Position numbers and translations under genes: made by a program. A stretch of 45,314 nucleotides of DNA, taken from sequence record SRR22947725_1942; one strand, 5' to 3'. The notes beneath the pieces were generated by a model that did not search any database, was not told the DNA's origin, and was given only the letters and a program-made list of their open reading frames with translations. Shown here one piece after another: positions 1 through 10,449 of the stretch (positions within the stretch are counted from its first letter, which is position 1; each line of letters opens with the position of its first letter).

Positions 1-1
1 T

Positions 2-358
2 TTTCGGAACTGGGCTTTTCAGGTGGCCAAGAATGAAGCACTCAATCACCTGACCCGGGCTCGAAGAGATCGCCATGTCTTTAGCGAGAAAATGATTGAA
101 CTCTTAGCCTCAGACAATTCCGAGGAAGCCGATAAACTGGAAGCCCGTCGTCGTGCATTGGATTCATGTGTGGAGAAACTTCCACAGGACGATCGTGAAA
201 TAGTCTCCGGCTGTTATGCCGAAGGTGCCACCGTACAATCCTACGCCAAACAAAAGGGCGGCACCGCCAATAAATTTTATAAAAAGCTCAATCGCATTCG
301 CGGTAAATTACATCAATGTATCGAAGCTCAACTTGGAATAGAGGGGAGCATGATCTGA
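2..358 (+). CDS. ECF sigma-70 factor, Rhodopirellula/Verrucomicrobium type (5'-truncated by window edge)
   Basis: Frame is open from base 2 (FRNWAFQVAKNEAL, region 2) through ALDSCVEKLP...FYKKLNRIRGKLHQCI (region 4). Clear paralogue of 25328-25864. Stop overlaps the next ATG (TGATG). Confidence 0.92.
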   Translation, partial: FRNWAFQVAKNEALNHLTRARRDRHVFSEKMIELLASDNSEEADKLEARRRALDSCVEKLPQDDREIVSGCYAEGATVQSYAKQKGGTANKFYKKLNRIRGKLHQCIEAQLGIEGSMI

Positions 359-1686
359 TGAAAGATAAGGAATTTCAGGAGTTAATTGATCAGTCTCTTA
401 ATGAAACTATTAGTGAGGTTGGTATGAAAGCCTTGGAGGAACGAATGCTTCAAGATCCCCAAGCCCGTATTCACTACCTAAGCTCGGTTGGTCTGCATGC
501 TTCTTTAAGACGTCGATTTTCAAGTCAGCAGGAGGAAGAGGGACCGATTCTGTTTCCCGGGCAAAGCATTTTTACCCGTAAAACAGTGTGGGCGGTTGCC
601 GCCTGCCTGGTTCTGTTTTTTGGGCTGCTTATTTTTCAGGTATCCAATCGGCCATTTGCCGAGGTGGCTCATGTTATCGGTGCATACCGTGCCGATGGAG
701 TTACCTACAAGACTGGGGAAACAGTGGAGCCTGGAATCCTTTCCTTGACTCGTGGGTTATTGAGACTGGATTTTTCAAATGGGGCACGGGTTACGGTGCA
801 GGGACCTGCAGAATTGGAGGTTTTTGATCAAGATCGAGTCCTGCTTCATAAGGGTTTGGTGACTGCGACGATCCCAGAATCCGCGGTTGGTTTTGTGGTC
901 GACACAGTGGCAGCTCATGTGGTGGATCTCGGTACATCATTCGGGGTTTCGGTGAGCGAGAATGGCCAAACTGAGGTATGCGTATTTGATGGCGAGGTGG
1001 AAGTAAGTCTGCCCCGTGAAGCAGGGCTGGAAGAAGTTTCTCATTTAGTAAGGGAGGGGGAATCAATAAGTGCACGTGTTAATTCTTCGGTGATTGATTC
1101 CGTTTCTTATGAAACCAGTCAGTTTGAAAATGCTTTGCCGGTTAATTATGGTGTTCTTCAAACCACCGGTTCCATGCGATTTGTCTCTCCGGGACCAGAC
1201 TTTCATCCCGGGAATTATAAAGATAACGAACACATCGTTGTCTTTCCTGAAAAGAGAGGTTTTCTTTCCAGCGAGAGTATGCGGGTGGATATGATTGACC
1301 CCGGGGAATATGAGAAGTCACATTATGAGGAAAAACCAACCCTTGTTCCTCATCGGGCAATGACAAGTTACTTGTTACAGTTGGATGCCTACCCTGAAGG
1401 AGAGAATCCGAACCGTCGCCGTAGTGTCATTGGACAGATTACATTTGCGAAGCCCATTGTGGGTGTTATCACCGAAGATCGTTTATTAAATGAATCCGAG
1501 GTCGTTTTTGGCATACCCGGGGCAGACTACCCCTCTGCACGAACCATTGAACCCAGACCGGAAGGTGATGAAAGAAAGGGTTTTGATAAGTTAATTCTAA
1601 CCGCGGATAGACATTCGCTTATTCTTGAATTAAGGGAAAACCCCGGACATTTAGACCAAGTAAGAGTATTGGTTGAAGCACAGTAA
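358..1686 (+). CDS. FecR-domain anti-sigma factor with uncharacterised C-terminal periplasmic domain
   Basis: ATG at 358 is coupled to the sigma stop, with GAGGGGAG upstream. N-terminal helical anti-sigma domain, TM segment (VWAVAACLVLFFGLLIF) and FecR motifs VVDLGTSFGV and VCVFDGEVEV. Confidence 0.9.
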   Translation: MKDKEFQELIDQSLNETISEVGMKALEERMLQDPQARIHYLSSVGLHASLRRRFSSQQEEEGPILFPGQSIFTRKTVWAVAACLVLFFGLLIFQVSNRPFAEVAHVIGAYRADGVTYKTGETVEPGILSLTRGLLRLDFSNGARVTVQGPAELEVFDQDRVLLHKGLVTATIPESAVGFVVDTVAAHVVDLGTSFGVSVSENGQTEVCVFDGEVEVSLPREAGLEEVSHLVREGESISARVNSSVIDSVSYETSQFENALPVNYGVLQTTGSMRFVSPGPDFHPGNYKDNEHIVVFPEKRGFLSSESMRVDMIDPGEYEKSHYEEKPTLVPHRAMTSYLLQLDAYPEGENPNRRRSVIGQITFAKPIVGVITEDRLLNESEVVFGIPGADYPSARTIEPRPEGDERKGFDKLILTADRHSLILELRENPGHLDQVRVLVEAQ

Positions 1687-1707
1687 TTACGGTTCAATTT
1701 TCGTTAT

Positions 1708-4344
1708 ATGATCCAAATAAGTAATCATTTTAAAACATCTCACTGCCGTGCATTTAATTGGATTCTGTTTACACTCGCTATTTTATTTTTGTTCTTAAAT
1801 GCGTACGCAGAGGACCGTTCAGAAATTAAAATAGATCCCGATCCTCTATCCACCACTTTTTCTCCGGAGGATTCCCTTTCAAAAATTCGTGTGCCGAATG
1901 GCTTCAAATTGGAACTGGTTGCCGCAGAGCCCATGATCGAAGAACCGGTTTGCATGGCTTGGGGACCAAACGGGGAGCTGTATGTTGCCGAAATGCGGAG
2001 CTACATGCAGGATATTGATATGAGTGGCGAATTAGACCCGGTCAGTCGTGTTGTGAAACTAGTCGATTTGGATGGGGACGGGTGCATGGATCAAGCGACT
2101 ACCTATCTGGATAATTTAGTTCTGCCCCGGGCGATCCTCACGCTGGATAATAAAGTGTTGATTGGAGAGCCGCCCCATCTTTGGTTGTGCGAAGATACCA
2201 ATGGGGATGGTAAGGCCGATATAAAAGTCAGTATTTACGAGAATTTCAGCAAAAGAGAATCCGGCAATGTGGAGCATAAAATTAATGGATTGCAGTGGAC
2301 CATGGATAACTGGATTTACAATACCAAGAGTTCCTCTATTTTCCGATACCGGGATCAGACGATTGAAGAGAGAAAAGTAGTCTTTTCCGGACAGTGGGGC
2401 CAGACGGTGAATGACCGGGGTGAAAGCATCGCCACCAAAAATAGTGAACCAGGTTTAGCGACCATTTTCCCTGGAAAATACTTGGGTGATCTTTCCCTTT
2501 CGAACAAGTATAGACATTTATTCGAACGAGTTAAGCTGGGACAAGGTTATGGAGCCACTTGGCCGATTCAGGGAACCTCCGATTTGCAGGGTGGGCGTGG
2601 ATTAGGAAGATCGGAAGACGGCTCTTTACAACGGTTCACCGGAGCTTGTGGGCAGACCGTTTTTCGGGGAGACCGGCTTGGAGATGACATGAAGGGCACC
2701 TACTGGGTTTGCGAACCTGTGGGACGGATGATCCGGTGCTCGGATGTAGACTATGACGAAGGCATGATCACCCTGCATAACCGGTTGGAGAAACAGAGGC
2801 TCGAATTCATTGCCTCCACCGATCCTAATTTCCGTCCTGTAAATGCCTATACCGGTCCGGACGGGACTTTATACTTTATAGATATGTATCGTGGTATCAT
2901 TCAGCATGGCAACTGGACCAGAGAAGGCAGCTACCTGCGCGAGGAAATCCTGCGTCGCGGTTTGGACAAAAATGTTGGTAAAGGACGTATTTATCGATTG
3001 GTTCGTGAGGATATCGAACCCGGACCGTTGCCCCGCTTAGGAAAGTCTGATGCGAAGGAATTAGTGGAAGCATTGGGCCACCCAAATGGATGGTGGCGGG
3101 ACGAAGCCCAGAAACTGCTGGTTTTACGCAAGGAAACGAACGCGATCCCCCTTTTAAAGAATATGGTAAAACAGGCGGAGACGGGCTTGGCCCGGGCTCA
3201 TGCACTCTGGACCCTGGACGGAATGGGCGAATGGGATGAGTCATTGGTGTTGAGTGCGATCAAGGATAAGAATATCGAGGTTCGTTTGGCCGCGTTGCGG
3301 ATAGTCGGTGAAAGACTGCTTCATCATGAAGCTTCGGATGCCCTTCTTGATGCGGTGGGGCAAGCTCTCCCTGATGATGACCTCGATATCGCTGCCCAGC
3401 GTTTGATGTCCCTGAGCTTTTACAAAAAACAAACCAAAGCACATCTAGTTCGTGCGGGACACATCGAACGCGTCCTCAATGCCGCGGGAAAATTCATCGG
3501 TAAGGAAATTATTGCCAAAGCATTCATGGTGGCCCTGAATTCGGCTGAGTACATTCCTGCATTGGAATTGCTCAGTAAAGAAGCTCGCTTTCAGAATCTG
3601 GATACGCACCCGCTTCCCCAGCACCTTGCTTTTGCTTGTTTTACCTTGGCTGATGAGGAGACTTCCTTCACGGCTCTGCTTGATTTTACGGCACAAACTC
3701 AATCCGGGTTTCGTGCTTCGCTGCTGGAGGGATTCCGCCTTGGCAGCCAAGGCGGGAGATCTGTTCCCAGAGATTTGATTCGCTGCAAAAGTAAACCTTC
3801 CGGTTTAACGAGAATGGAAGAAGCCGGGGTTCCAGAATACAGCTTGGCGATTCTCTATGACTTTCTTACCTGGCCAGGCGATCCAAAGTACAAGCTGCAA
3901 AAGGCCTTACCTTCTTTAGACGAATCTGAGTTGGCTCGCTTTAATAAAGGTCGTGAAATTTATCAGGGTCTTTGTGCCTCTTGTCATGGAAAGGAAGGAC
4001 AGGGGGTAAACATGCCGGAACCGCAGAATCACACGATGCTCGCACCCTCGTTGGCAGGTTCTCCCCGAGTCAACGAAAGGAATTATCGTTACTTGGCGGA
4101 AATTATTCTTAAGGGAATGACCGGGCCGATTGATGGCGTCACTTATGGGGGTGTTATGGCACCCATGGAAGCTTATGATAATGAATGGATCTCATCTGTC
4201 ATGACCTATGTTAGACGATCTTGGGGAAACAGCGGAGCTCCCGTAAATCCCAAAGATATTGAAAAAGTACGTGGTTGGAACAAAAAGCGATCCACTGCAT
4301 TTACTCTGGCCGAATTGAATATACCCAGTCCGAAAGCAAAATAA
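1708..4344 (+). CDS. PVC-type putative membrane-bound dehydrogenase: beta-propeller + HEAT repeats + C-terminal cytochrome c
   Basis: Signal peptide. VPNGFKLELVAAEP, DLDGDG/DTNGDG blades and FRPVNAYTGPDG. HPNGWWRDEAQKLL and RAHALWTLDG HEAT-like repeats. CASCH haem motif with a distal Met (GVMAPM). Confidence 0.88.
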   Translation: MIQISNHFKTSHCRAFNWILFTLAILFLFLNAYAEDRSEIKIDPDPLSTTFSPEDSLSKIRVPNGFKLELVAAEPMIEEPVCMAWGPNGELYVAEMRSYMQDIDMSGELDPVSRVVKLVDLDGDGCMDQATTYLDNLVLPRAILTLDNKVLIGEPPHLWLCEDTNGDGKADIKVSIYENFSKRESGNVEHKINGLQWTMDNWIYNTKSSSIFRYRDQTIEERKVVFSGQWGQTVNDRGESIATKNSEPGLATIFPGKYLGDLSLSNKYRHLFERVKLGQGYGATWPIQGTSDLQGGRGLGRSEDGSLQRFTGACGQTVFRGDRLGDDMKGTYWVCEPVGRMIRCSDVDYDEGMITLHNRLEKQRLEFIASTDPNFRPVNAYTGPDGTLYFIDMYRGIIQHGNWTREGSYLREEILRRGLDKNVGKGRIYRLVREDIEPGPLPRLGKSDAKELVEALGHPNGWWRDEAQKLLVLRKETNAIPLLKNMVKQAETGLARAHALWTLDGMGEWDESLVLSAIKDKNIEVRLAALRIVGERLLHHEASDALLDAVGQALPDDDLDIAAQRLMSLSFYKKQTKAHLVRAGHIERVLNAAGKFIGKEIIAKAFMVALNSAEYIPALELLSKEARFQNLDTHPLPQHLAFACFTLADEETSFTALLDFTAQTQSGFRASLLEGFRLGSQGGRSVPRDLIRCKSKPSGLTRMEEAGVPEYSLAILYDFLTWPGDPKYKLQKALPSLDESELARFNKGREIYQGLCASCHGKEGQGVNMPEPQNHTMLAPSLAGSPRVNERNYRYLAEIILKGMTGPIDGVTYGGVMAPMEAYDNEWISSVMTYVRRSWGNSGAPVNPKDIEKVRGWNKKRSTAFTLAELNIPSPKAK

Positions 4345-4350
4345 GAGTTC

Positions 4351-5316
4351 ATGAAGCCAGCCCAGTATATCCTTCTGTTGGCCTATTTTATGGCTTCCTT
4401 TTTATGGGGAGCGACAGGGGAACGGGATCTGTCTGCTCCCAAAGGAGGGTGGGTACCTCCAACGGAGGAGGAATTAAAGATGGTCGAGTCCGCGATTCCA
4501 GAAAAGTTACCAGCAGAACCGAGGAAAGACCGGAAACTCCTGATTTATAGCCTTAGTCACGGTTTCAAGCATAACTCCCGATTGATCGGCGAAGAAATGC
4601 TGAAGCGGATCGAGCGTAAAACCGGTGCTTTTACCCTGACCATTAATAACGATTCAACTCAGTGGACTTCAGCTTACCTCAAACAGTTTGATGCGATTGC
4701 GGTATTGAACGCTACCAGTCTGCATGGCGGTTTTAAAGGCGAAAACCGTGAGGCTTTTCTTAACTTCGTATATGAAGGCGGTGGCTTATTCGGATGCCAT
4801 GCCGCCACTGACGGTGGAAAAGATAAGTGGCCAGAGTATTCGCAGCTCTGGGGTGGTGCATTCGGCGGCCATCCTTGGGGTAAAACCGGTACTTGGCGAA
4901 TACGAAACTATGACCCGAGGCATGCCATAAACCTGTGTTTTCATGGAGAGGGATTTGACATCAATGATGAGCTTTATCGCCAGATCCACCCTTATAAAAA
5001 AGGTAACTTCCATACATTGACATGCATCGATCTTTCAGCGAGGCAGAACACCCATAACAACAACGGTAAAATCAAAACCGTCCCTCCCGAAGCGGAACGG
5101 AAGCCGGGTGAACCCAACCCTGCTAAAGTCCCGCTCAATTTAGAGCGTGAGTATCCAACTTCCTGGTGTAAAAAAGCACGCAGGGGACGCGTCTTTTATG
5201 CCACTTTCGGGCACAATGAATCGGCTTATTGGAACCCTAAGATCGTTGAGCATTACCTTCGCGGACTTCAATATGTTCTTGGTGACCTTGAGGCCGATGA
5301 TGTGCCGGACCGCTGA
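4351..5316 (+). CDS. ThuA (trehalose utilisation)-domain protein, exported
   Basis: Signal peptide. SHGFKHNS, GGGLFGCHAATD, GGAFGGHPW, DELY and GRVFYATFGH motifs. Confidence 0.88.
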   Translation: MKPAQYILLLAYFMASFLWGATGERDLSAPKGGWVPPTEEELKMVESAIPEKLPAEPRKDRKLLIYSLSHGFKHNSRLIGEEMLKRIERKTGAFTLTINNDSTQWTSAYLKQFDAIAVLNATSLHGGFKGENREAFLNFVYEGGGLFGCHAATDGGKDKWPEYSQLWGGAFGGHPWGKTGTWRIRNYDPRHAINLCFHGEGFDINDELYRQIHPYKKGNFHTLTCIDLSARQNTHNNNGKIKTVPPEAERKPGEPNPAKVPLNLEREYPTSWCKKARRGRVFYATFGHNESAYWNPKIVEHYLRGLQYVLGDLEADDVPDR

Positions 5317-5371
5317 ACCGCTTCAATATCTCGCCCACGAATAATAAGCCCGGTGACTCTGATTAAAAATT

Positions 5372-6988
5372 ATGAAAAATTTATTTAATTCTTTTTCTTA
5401 TAATGTCTGCCTTTTGAAAACATTGGTAGCGATTTTGGCACTACCTTTCATCTTAAAAGCATCCAAATCTCCAAACTTTGTGTTGGTGTACATGGATGAT
5501 CTCGGTTGGGCTGAGACTTCGGTTGAAATGATCAAAGGGCGCGAGGATACGCGGAGTGATTTTAACCGGACTCCCAATGTGGAAAGACTGGCACGCGAGG
5601 GGATGGTTCTGTCCTCCTGCTACTCACCCTCGGCTTTGTGTGCTCCGTCAAGAAATAGTCTACTCCATGGAATGACGCCTAGTCGGTTGAGGTACACCGT
5701 ACTTTCTGCGGTGGAAGCGAAGAAGCAATATCTTGGACAAATTACGATTCCGCTGGCTTTAAAAAAAGCGAACTCAAATTATCAGACTGCTCATTTTGGC
5801 AAGTGGCACAATGAAAGTATTAAGCCGACTGAAGCTGGATATGATGTCACGGATGGACCGAATGGGAACGGGCCTGGCGATTTTGATGATGACGGCAAGA
5901 CGCATCTCCCTGAAGATGATCCCAAGCGAATCTTTTCGCTTACTGAAAAAAGCATCAACTTCATGAAGGAACAGGTAGCTGCTGAGAAGCCTTTTTATTT
6001 GCAGCTCTCTCATTATGCCAACCATATTTGGCACGACTCGCTCAAGGGAACCCGTGAGAAATACAAGAAACTACCGAAGGGTAAGAAATATGAGAAAAAA
6101 GACGGAATGCCGGACGAAGAAATACCCATTGCCATGTATAACCATGGATGGATCATTAATTACGCTGCCATGCTCGATGATGTGGACCGTGCATTTGGAA
6201 CCTTATTGGATGCGATTGATGAACTTGGGATAGAGGAGGAAACTTATGTGATTTTCACCTCGGATAATGGAGGTGGTTTTCGTGGAAATGCTCCGCTTAA
6301 GGCCGGAAAAGGATGTCTTTATGAAGGCGGCATTCGCATGCCATCCTTCGTTCGTGGGCCTGAAGTAAAGGGAGGGAGTTACTGCAAGGTTCCGATCGTA
6401 CAATGGGACTTTCTACAGACTTTTTATGACTTGGCAGGCGGTACGGATCCACTGCCCAAGGATTTGGACGGAGGTAGCCTGCGTGATGTTTTTCAAAAAG
6501 GAAACAAGGGACGGGTAAAACGTAATACCAAGGAATTAATTTTTCATTTTCCCTGGCATACCGGCGTCGCCGAGTCTGTCATCCGCTCCGGTAATTATAA
6601 ACTGCGCAAGGACCTCGATTCTTTGAACACTGAATTGTTTGATATTAGTAAGGACCTAAGTGAAGAAAATGATTTGGCTGCGGATATGCCCGATCTTGTC
6701 CGGAAGCTTGATAAGAAACGGGCGAAGTACCTGAAAGAGGTTAATGCGGAGACGGTTACCTTAACTCGACGTAATTATGTTGAGCTACTTGAGGGAGGGT
6801 GGATTGAAAATGGAAGGAATCGGTTGGCTAAACTGAAGGCGGAACTGGTTACCGATCCGTCGAATAAGCAAAAAGCTTTTCAGGTGGGTGTTTCCCAGAA
6901 CCATGTTGATTTTCAGGATAAACAACTCGAACGTTCCAAACGGCTGATCCAGATGCACGAGGATCGTGGAACTGCTAACCAAAACTAA
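5372..6988 (+). CDS. S1 formylglycine-dependent sulfatase (tandem copy 1, canonical motifs)
   Basis: PNFVLVYMDDLG, CAPSR, GKWH, SHYANH, FTSDNGG and GKGCLYEGGIRMP. Signal peptide. Confidence 0.95.
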   Translation: MKNLFNSFSYNVCLLKTLVAILALPFILKASKSPNFVLVYMDDLGWAETSVEMIKGREDTRSDFNRTPNVERLAREGMVLSSCYSPSALCAPSRNSLLHGMTPSRLRYTVLSAVEAKKQYLGQITIPLALKKANSNYQTAHFGKWHNESIKPTEAGYDVTDGPNGNGPGDFDDDGKTHLPEDDPKRIFSLTEKSINFMKEQVAAEKPFYLQLSHYANHIWHDSLKGTREKYKKLPKGKKYEKKDGMPDEEIPIAMYNHGWIINYAAMLDDVDRAFGTLLDAIDELGIEEETYVIFTSDNGGGFRGNAPLKAGKGCLYEGGIRMPSFVRGPEVKGGSYCKVPIVQWDFLQTFYDLAGGTDPLPKDLDGGSLRDVFQKGNKGRVKRNTKELIFHFPWHTGVAESVIRSGNYKLRKDLDSLNTELFDISKDLSEENDLAADMPDLVRKLDKKRAKYLKEVNAETVTLTRRNYVELLEGGWIENGRNRLAKLKAELVTDPSNKQKAFQVGVSQNHVDFQDKQLERSKRLIQMHEDRGTANQN

Positions 6989-6993
6989 TTACC

Positions 6994-8703
6994 ATGAATA
7001 CCATTCGTCTAATCACGATATTTTTTCCCTTTGTCGCGTCACTTTGCTTATCGGCAAAGGCACCCAATTTTATTCTCATCTATGCGGATGATCTCGGCTA
7101 TGCGGATACTTCGGTACAGATGATGGATGCAGAGCCCTCAACCCAAAATGCTTTCATTCAAACACCCGGAATCGAGCGGCTCGCTGAAATGGGAGCCCGC
7201 TTTACTGCTGCATACGCTCCATCACCTACCTGTACCGCATCTCGGATCAGTATCCAGCATGGTCAGTCGACCGCCAAGATTCAGTACCGGAATGTTTTTG
7301 ATGTTCTGTCTCAAGTTCAGCGTCCGGACGGGTATGAAGCTGAAATTACCATGGCGGAAATGCTCAAGGAGTCGGGAAAGAATTATATCACCGCTCATTT
7401 TGGCAAGGGATGTAGTGCGATGGGACGATTTGACGAGGCCGGGTATGACCTAACCGATGAAAATCCGGGTGAACCGGGAGGAAATGGTAACGGGCATGGT
7501 TCCTATTGGGATCCGATTAAGGATAAAACCCCGTTTCCTCCGGATAATCCGAAGCGGATGCATTCTTTACGAAAAGATGCTGCAGGCTTCCTTAAGAAAC
7601 ATGCCGGAAAGCAGCCCTTCTTTATGATGGTTTCGCATTACGCTCCTCATATTCCTTTTGTCTGTACTCGGGAGGCTTTTGAACGAACTAAAAAGCGGTG
7701 GATCGCAGCAGGATATGATACGAAAGGCCTGGAAGAACTAAACGATGATCCGGTTAATAACCCGAAAGGAGAAGCAAATAAAAAGATTACCTATGCAGCC
7801 ATGGTGGAGGAAATGGATCTCACATTGGTCGATGTGCTTGATGCACTTGAGCAAGCAGGCGAATTGGAAAATACCTACATCATCTTTACTTCCGACAATG
7901 GAGGCGGACATTCCGAAAAGCGAAAAATTGATGGAGGAATCCGCAGGTTTAATGGTCCGTTACAGGAGGGGAAACGTTCCATTTATGAGGGTGGAATCCG
8001 TGTGCCCACCGTCATATCCGGGCCAGGGATTAAAGCGGGTTCGCAATGCGATGTGCCCATCGTACAGTGGGATTTTCTGCCCACCTTTCATGACCTGAGT
8101 GGGAGTGAGGCACCAATGCCTCCGAATACCGATGGAGGAAGTTTGCGTCAGGTATTTAAGAAAGGGAACAAGGGAAAGGTCAAACGGGTCGCACCGGGAA
8201 TTATCCATCATTATACCTGCCACTACCACCCACCAATCAGTTCAATCATTATGGGCGATTACAAATTAATGCGTCATTTAAACTCCAATGAATTTAAATT
8301 GTTTAATTTGAAAAGCGACTATCGCGAGGAAAAAAATTTGGCATCCGCCATGCCTGAGAAGGTCAAGGAAATGGATCAGGCTTGTCGAAAATATGTCAAG
8401 AAAGTGGATGGCGGAACGGCCGAACAGGTTAGACAGGCACACCATAAACTGATGGATCATTTCAGCCAGCAGTCGGTATATTTCTACAGGAAAAGGTTAG
8501 CGGTCCTGAAGGAACAGAGTCTTCCTGATTTTGAAGACCGAAAGGCAAAAATGCTCAAACAGCTCAACGACGATCTCTTCAAAAATATAGTGAACAAGGA
8601 GAAAACAAATGTACACCGAACCCTTTATTCCTGGAGAGAGGGGCCGGAAAAGAAAGAGGCAGAAAAAAATGCCCGCATAAAATTTGTTGAATTTATAGAT
8701 TAA
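6994..8703 (+). CDS. S1 sulfatase (tandem copy 2, divergent motifs)
   Basis: PNFILIYADDLG, CTASR, GKGC (no His), SHYAPH, FTSDNG and GKRSIYEGGIRVP. Confidence 0.93.
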   Translation: MNTIRLITIFFPFVASLCLSAKAPNFILIYADDLGYADTSVQMMDAEPSTQNAFIQTPGIERLAEMGARFTAAYAPSPTCTASRISIQHGQSTAKIQYRNVFDVLSQVQRPDGYEAEITMAEMLKESGKNYITAHFGKGCSAMGRFDEAGYDLTDENPGEPGGNGNGHGSYWDPIKDKTPFPPDNPKRMHSLRKDAAGFLKKHAGKQPFFMMVSHYAPHIPFVCTREAFERTKKRWIAAGYDTKGLEELNDDPVNNPKGEANKKITYAAMVEEMDLTLVDVLDALEQAGELENTYIIFTSDNGGGHSEKRKIDGGIRRFNGPLQEGKRSIYEGGIRVPTVISGPGIKAGSQCDVPIVQWDFLPTFHDLSGSEAPMPPNTDGGSLRQVFKKGNKGKVKRVAPGIIHHYTCHYHPPISSIIMGDYKLMRHLNSNEFKLFNLKSDYREEKNLASAMPEKVKEMDQACRKYVKKVDGGTAEQVRQAHHKLMDHFSQQSVYFYRKRLAVLKEQSLPDFEDRKAKMLKQLNDDLFKNIVNKEKTNVHRTLYSWREGPEKKEAEKNARIKFVEFID

Positions 8704-8730
8704 TCTCAATTTCAAATAATAGAATAATTT

Positions 8731-10401
8731 ATGAAAAAGTTTTTGTTTCCATTACCTTTTCTCGTACTTTCAGTTTTTACATCCTTTGCCAAGGATTCCC
8801 CCAATTTCATTATTATTTACATGGATGATCTGGGTTGGCATCAGACCTCCGTCCGGATGATGGATTCGGAACCGCTCTCGAAGCATTCTTTTTACAAAAC
8901 ACCAAACGTGGAGCGTCTAGCTGAAATGGGTATGTGCTTTTCGAATGCTTATGCACCCACTGCGACCTGCACTGGATCACGTGTTAGTATTCAATTCGGG
9001 CAAACCTCCGCCCGTACGCAGTATCGATATGTATTTGATGTTTACCATAAAAAGCAGCGCCCCGAGGGTTATGCCGGACAATATTCACTTGCAGATTCCG
9101 TGAAGACTGCAGGTAAGAATTATATTACGGCCCATTTTGGTAAGGGGATGACGGAGAAGCTAAAGATGTTGAATTATGATGTCACCGATGAATACGAAGA
9201 GCATGCACCTAACGGTAATTTACATGGTGAAAAAATTGATATTCCTACCCGCGAGGATCTTCCTCCGGATAATCCCAAGCGAATCTATTCACTTATTGAT
9301 GAATCGATGAAATTTCTTAAGAAAAATGCAGGGAAGCGTCCGTTTATGATGATGGTTTCCCATTATTCTGTTCATGTACCGCATGCGGCATCCAAAAAAT
9401 ACATGGATAAGTGGCAGGCTAAATATGACGCCCTTGAAAAACCCACGGATAAGGAAGAACTCAGGCTTTTCGAAAGGGAATGCAAACCGCTGTATGGGGC
9501 CATGTTGGAAGAAACGGATCAGCACATAGGCATCATTCTTGATTACCTAAAAAAAACGGGCGTTTTGGATAACACTTATATCATATTTACCTCCGATAAT
9601 GGGAGTGAATGTATCCCCCGAACAAAAGAAAATCGTCGCAACAACGGTCCGTTGCAGGAGGGTAAATATTCCTGCTTTGAGGGAGGCATTCGTGTTCCCT
9701 TTATTGTATCTGGACCCGGAATCCGAGACGGTGCCTATTGTGATGTTCCGGTTGTTCAGTGGGATCTTCTTGCCACCCTGCACGACTTGAGTGGAAATGA
9801 GACTCCCTTGCCTGATGATATTGATGGAGGAAGCTTGAAGAATGTCTTTTATAAGGGTAACAAGGGGAAAGTGAGACGCGGTGCACCGGGTATTATTCAT
9901 CATTTTCCTAGTCACTATCAAGTACCAATCAGTGCGATCCGTATAGGAGATTATAAATTTATGCGTAATATGAACACCGATGGAAAAAAACTTTTCAATG
10001 TTGTGGTGGATTACCGCGAGAAGAATGATCTTGCCCAAAAGATGCCTAAAAAAGTGGCTTCTATGGATAAGATTCTACGAACCTATATCGAGGAAGTGGA
10101 CGGGGGTGATGTGAAGGACAGTTACCAGGCTTTTTACGAAACCATGGATGATTTCGAAGGACGAGCGGAAGAGGATCATAGACGAAAGATGAAGAAACTC
10201 GATGAGAACAAGCCTTTTGATTACCAAGAGCAAAAAGCAATTATTGATCAAGAACTCGAGCTTAAGAAACATAAATTTTTCGCAAACCGGGCGATCACAA
10301 AAAAACAGGAAACCTGGCCTGACTGGTACGACACAGCCCGTAAAACCGTTGAAGCCGAAATCGGTATGACCAAAGGTGGGAAGCTGATCAAAAAAAAGTA
10401 A
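8731..10401 (+). CDS. S1 sulfatase (tandem copy 3, divergent motifs)
   Basis: PNFIIIYMDDLG, CTGSR, GKGM, SHYSVH, FTSDNG and GKYSCFEGGIRVP. Confidence 0.93.
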   Translation: MKKFLFPLPFLVLSVFTSFAKDSPNFIIIYMDDLGWHQTSVRMMDSEPLSKHSFYKTPNVERLAEMGMCFSNAYAPTATCTGSRVSIQFGQTSARTQYRYVFDVYHKKQRPEGYAGQYSLADSVKTAGKNYITAHFGKGMTEKLKMLNYDVTDEYEEHAPNGNLHGEKIDIPTREDLPPDNPKRIYSLIDESMKFLKKNAGKRPFMMMVSHYSVHVPHAASKKYMDKWQAKYDALEKPTDKEELRLFERECKPLYGAMLEETDQHIGIILDYLKKTGVLDNTYIIFTSDNGSECIPRTKENRRNNGPLQEGKYSCFEGGIRVPFIVSGPGIRDGAYCDVPVVQWDLLATLHDLSGNETPLPDDIDGGSLKNVFYKGNKGKVRRGAPGIIHHFPSHYQVPISAIRIGDYKFMRNMNTDGKKLFNVVVDYREKNDLAQKMPKKVASMDKILRTYIEEVDGGDVKDSYQAFYETMDDFEGRAEEDHRRKMKKLDENKPFDYQEQKAIIDQELELKKHKFFANRAITKKQETWPDWYDTARKTVEAEIGMTKGGKLIKKK

Positions 10402-10449
10402 TTTACCGACTTATCTCAAAAAGATTTTAATTCTCTACATTAACTACCA

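Noticed and set aside
1645-1670. GGACA-N14-GAGTATT at the end of the first FecR gene, resembling the candidate ECF motif upstream of the haem protein gene
   Set aside because: It lies in conserved coding sequence (GHLDQVRV), and its -35 box and spacing both differ, so chance cannot be excluded.
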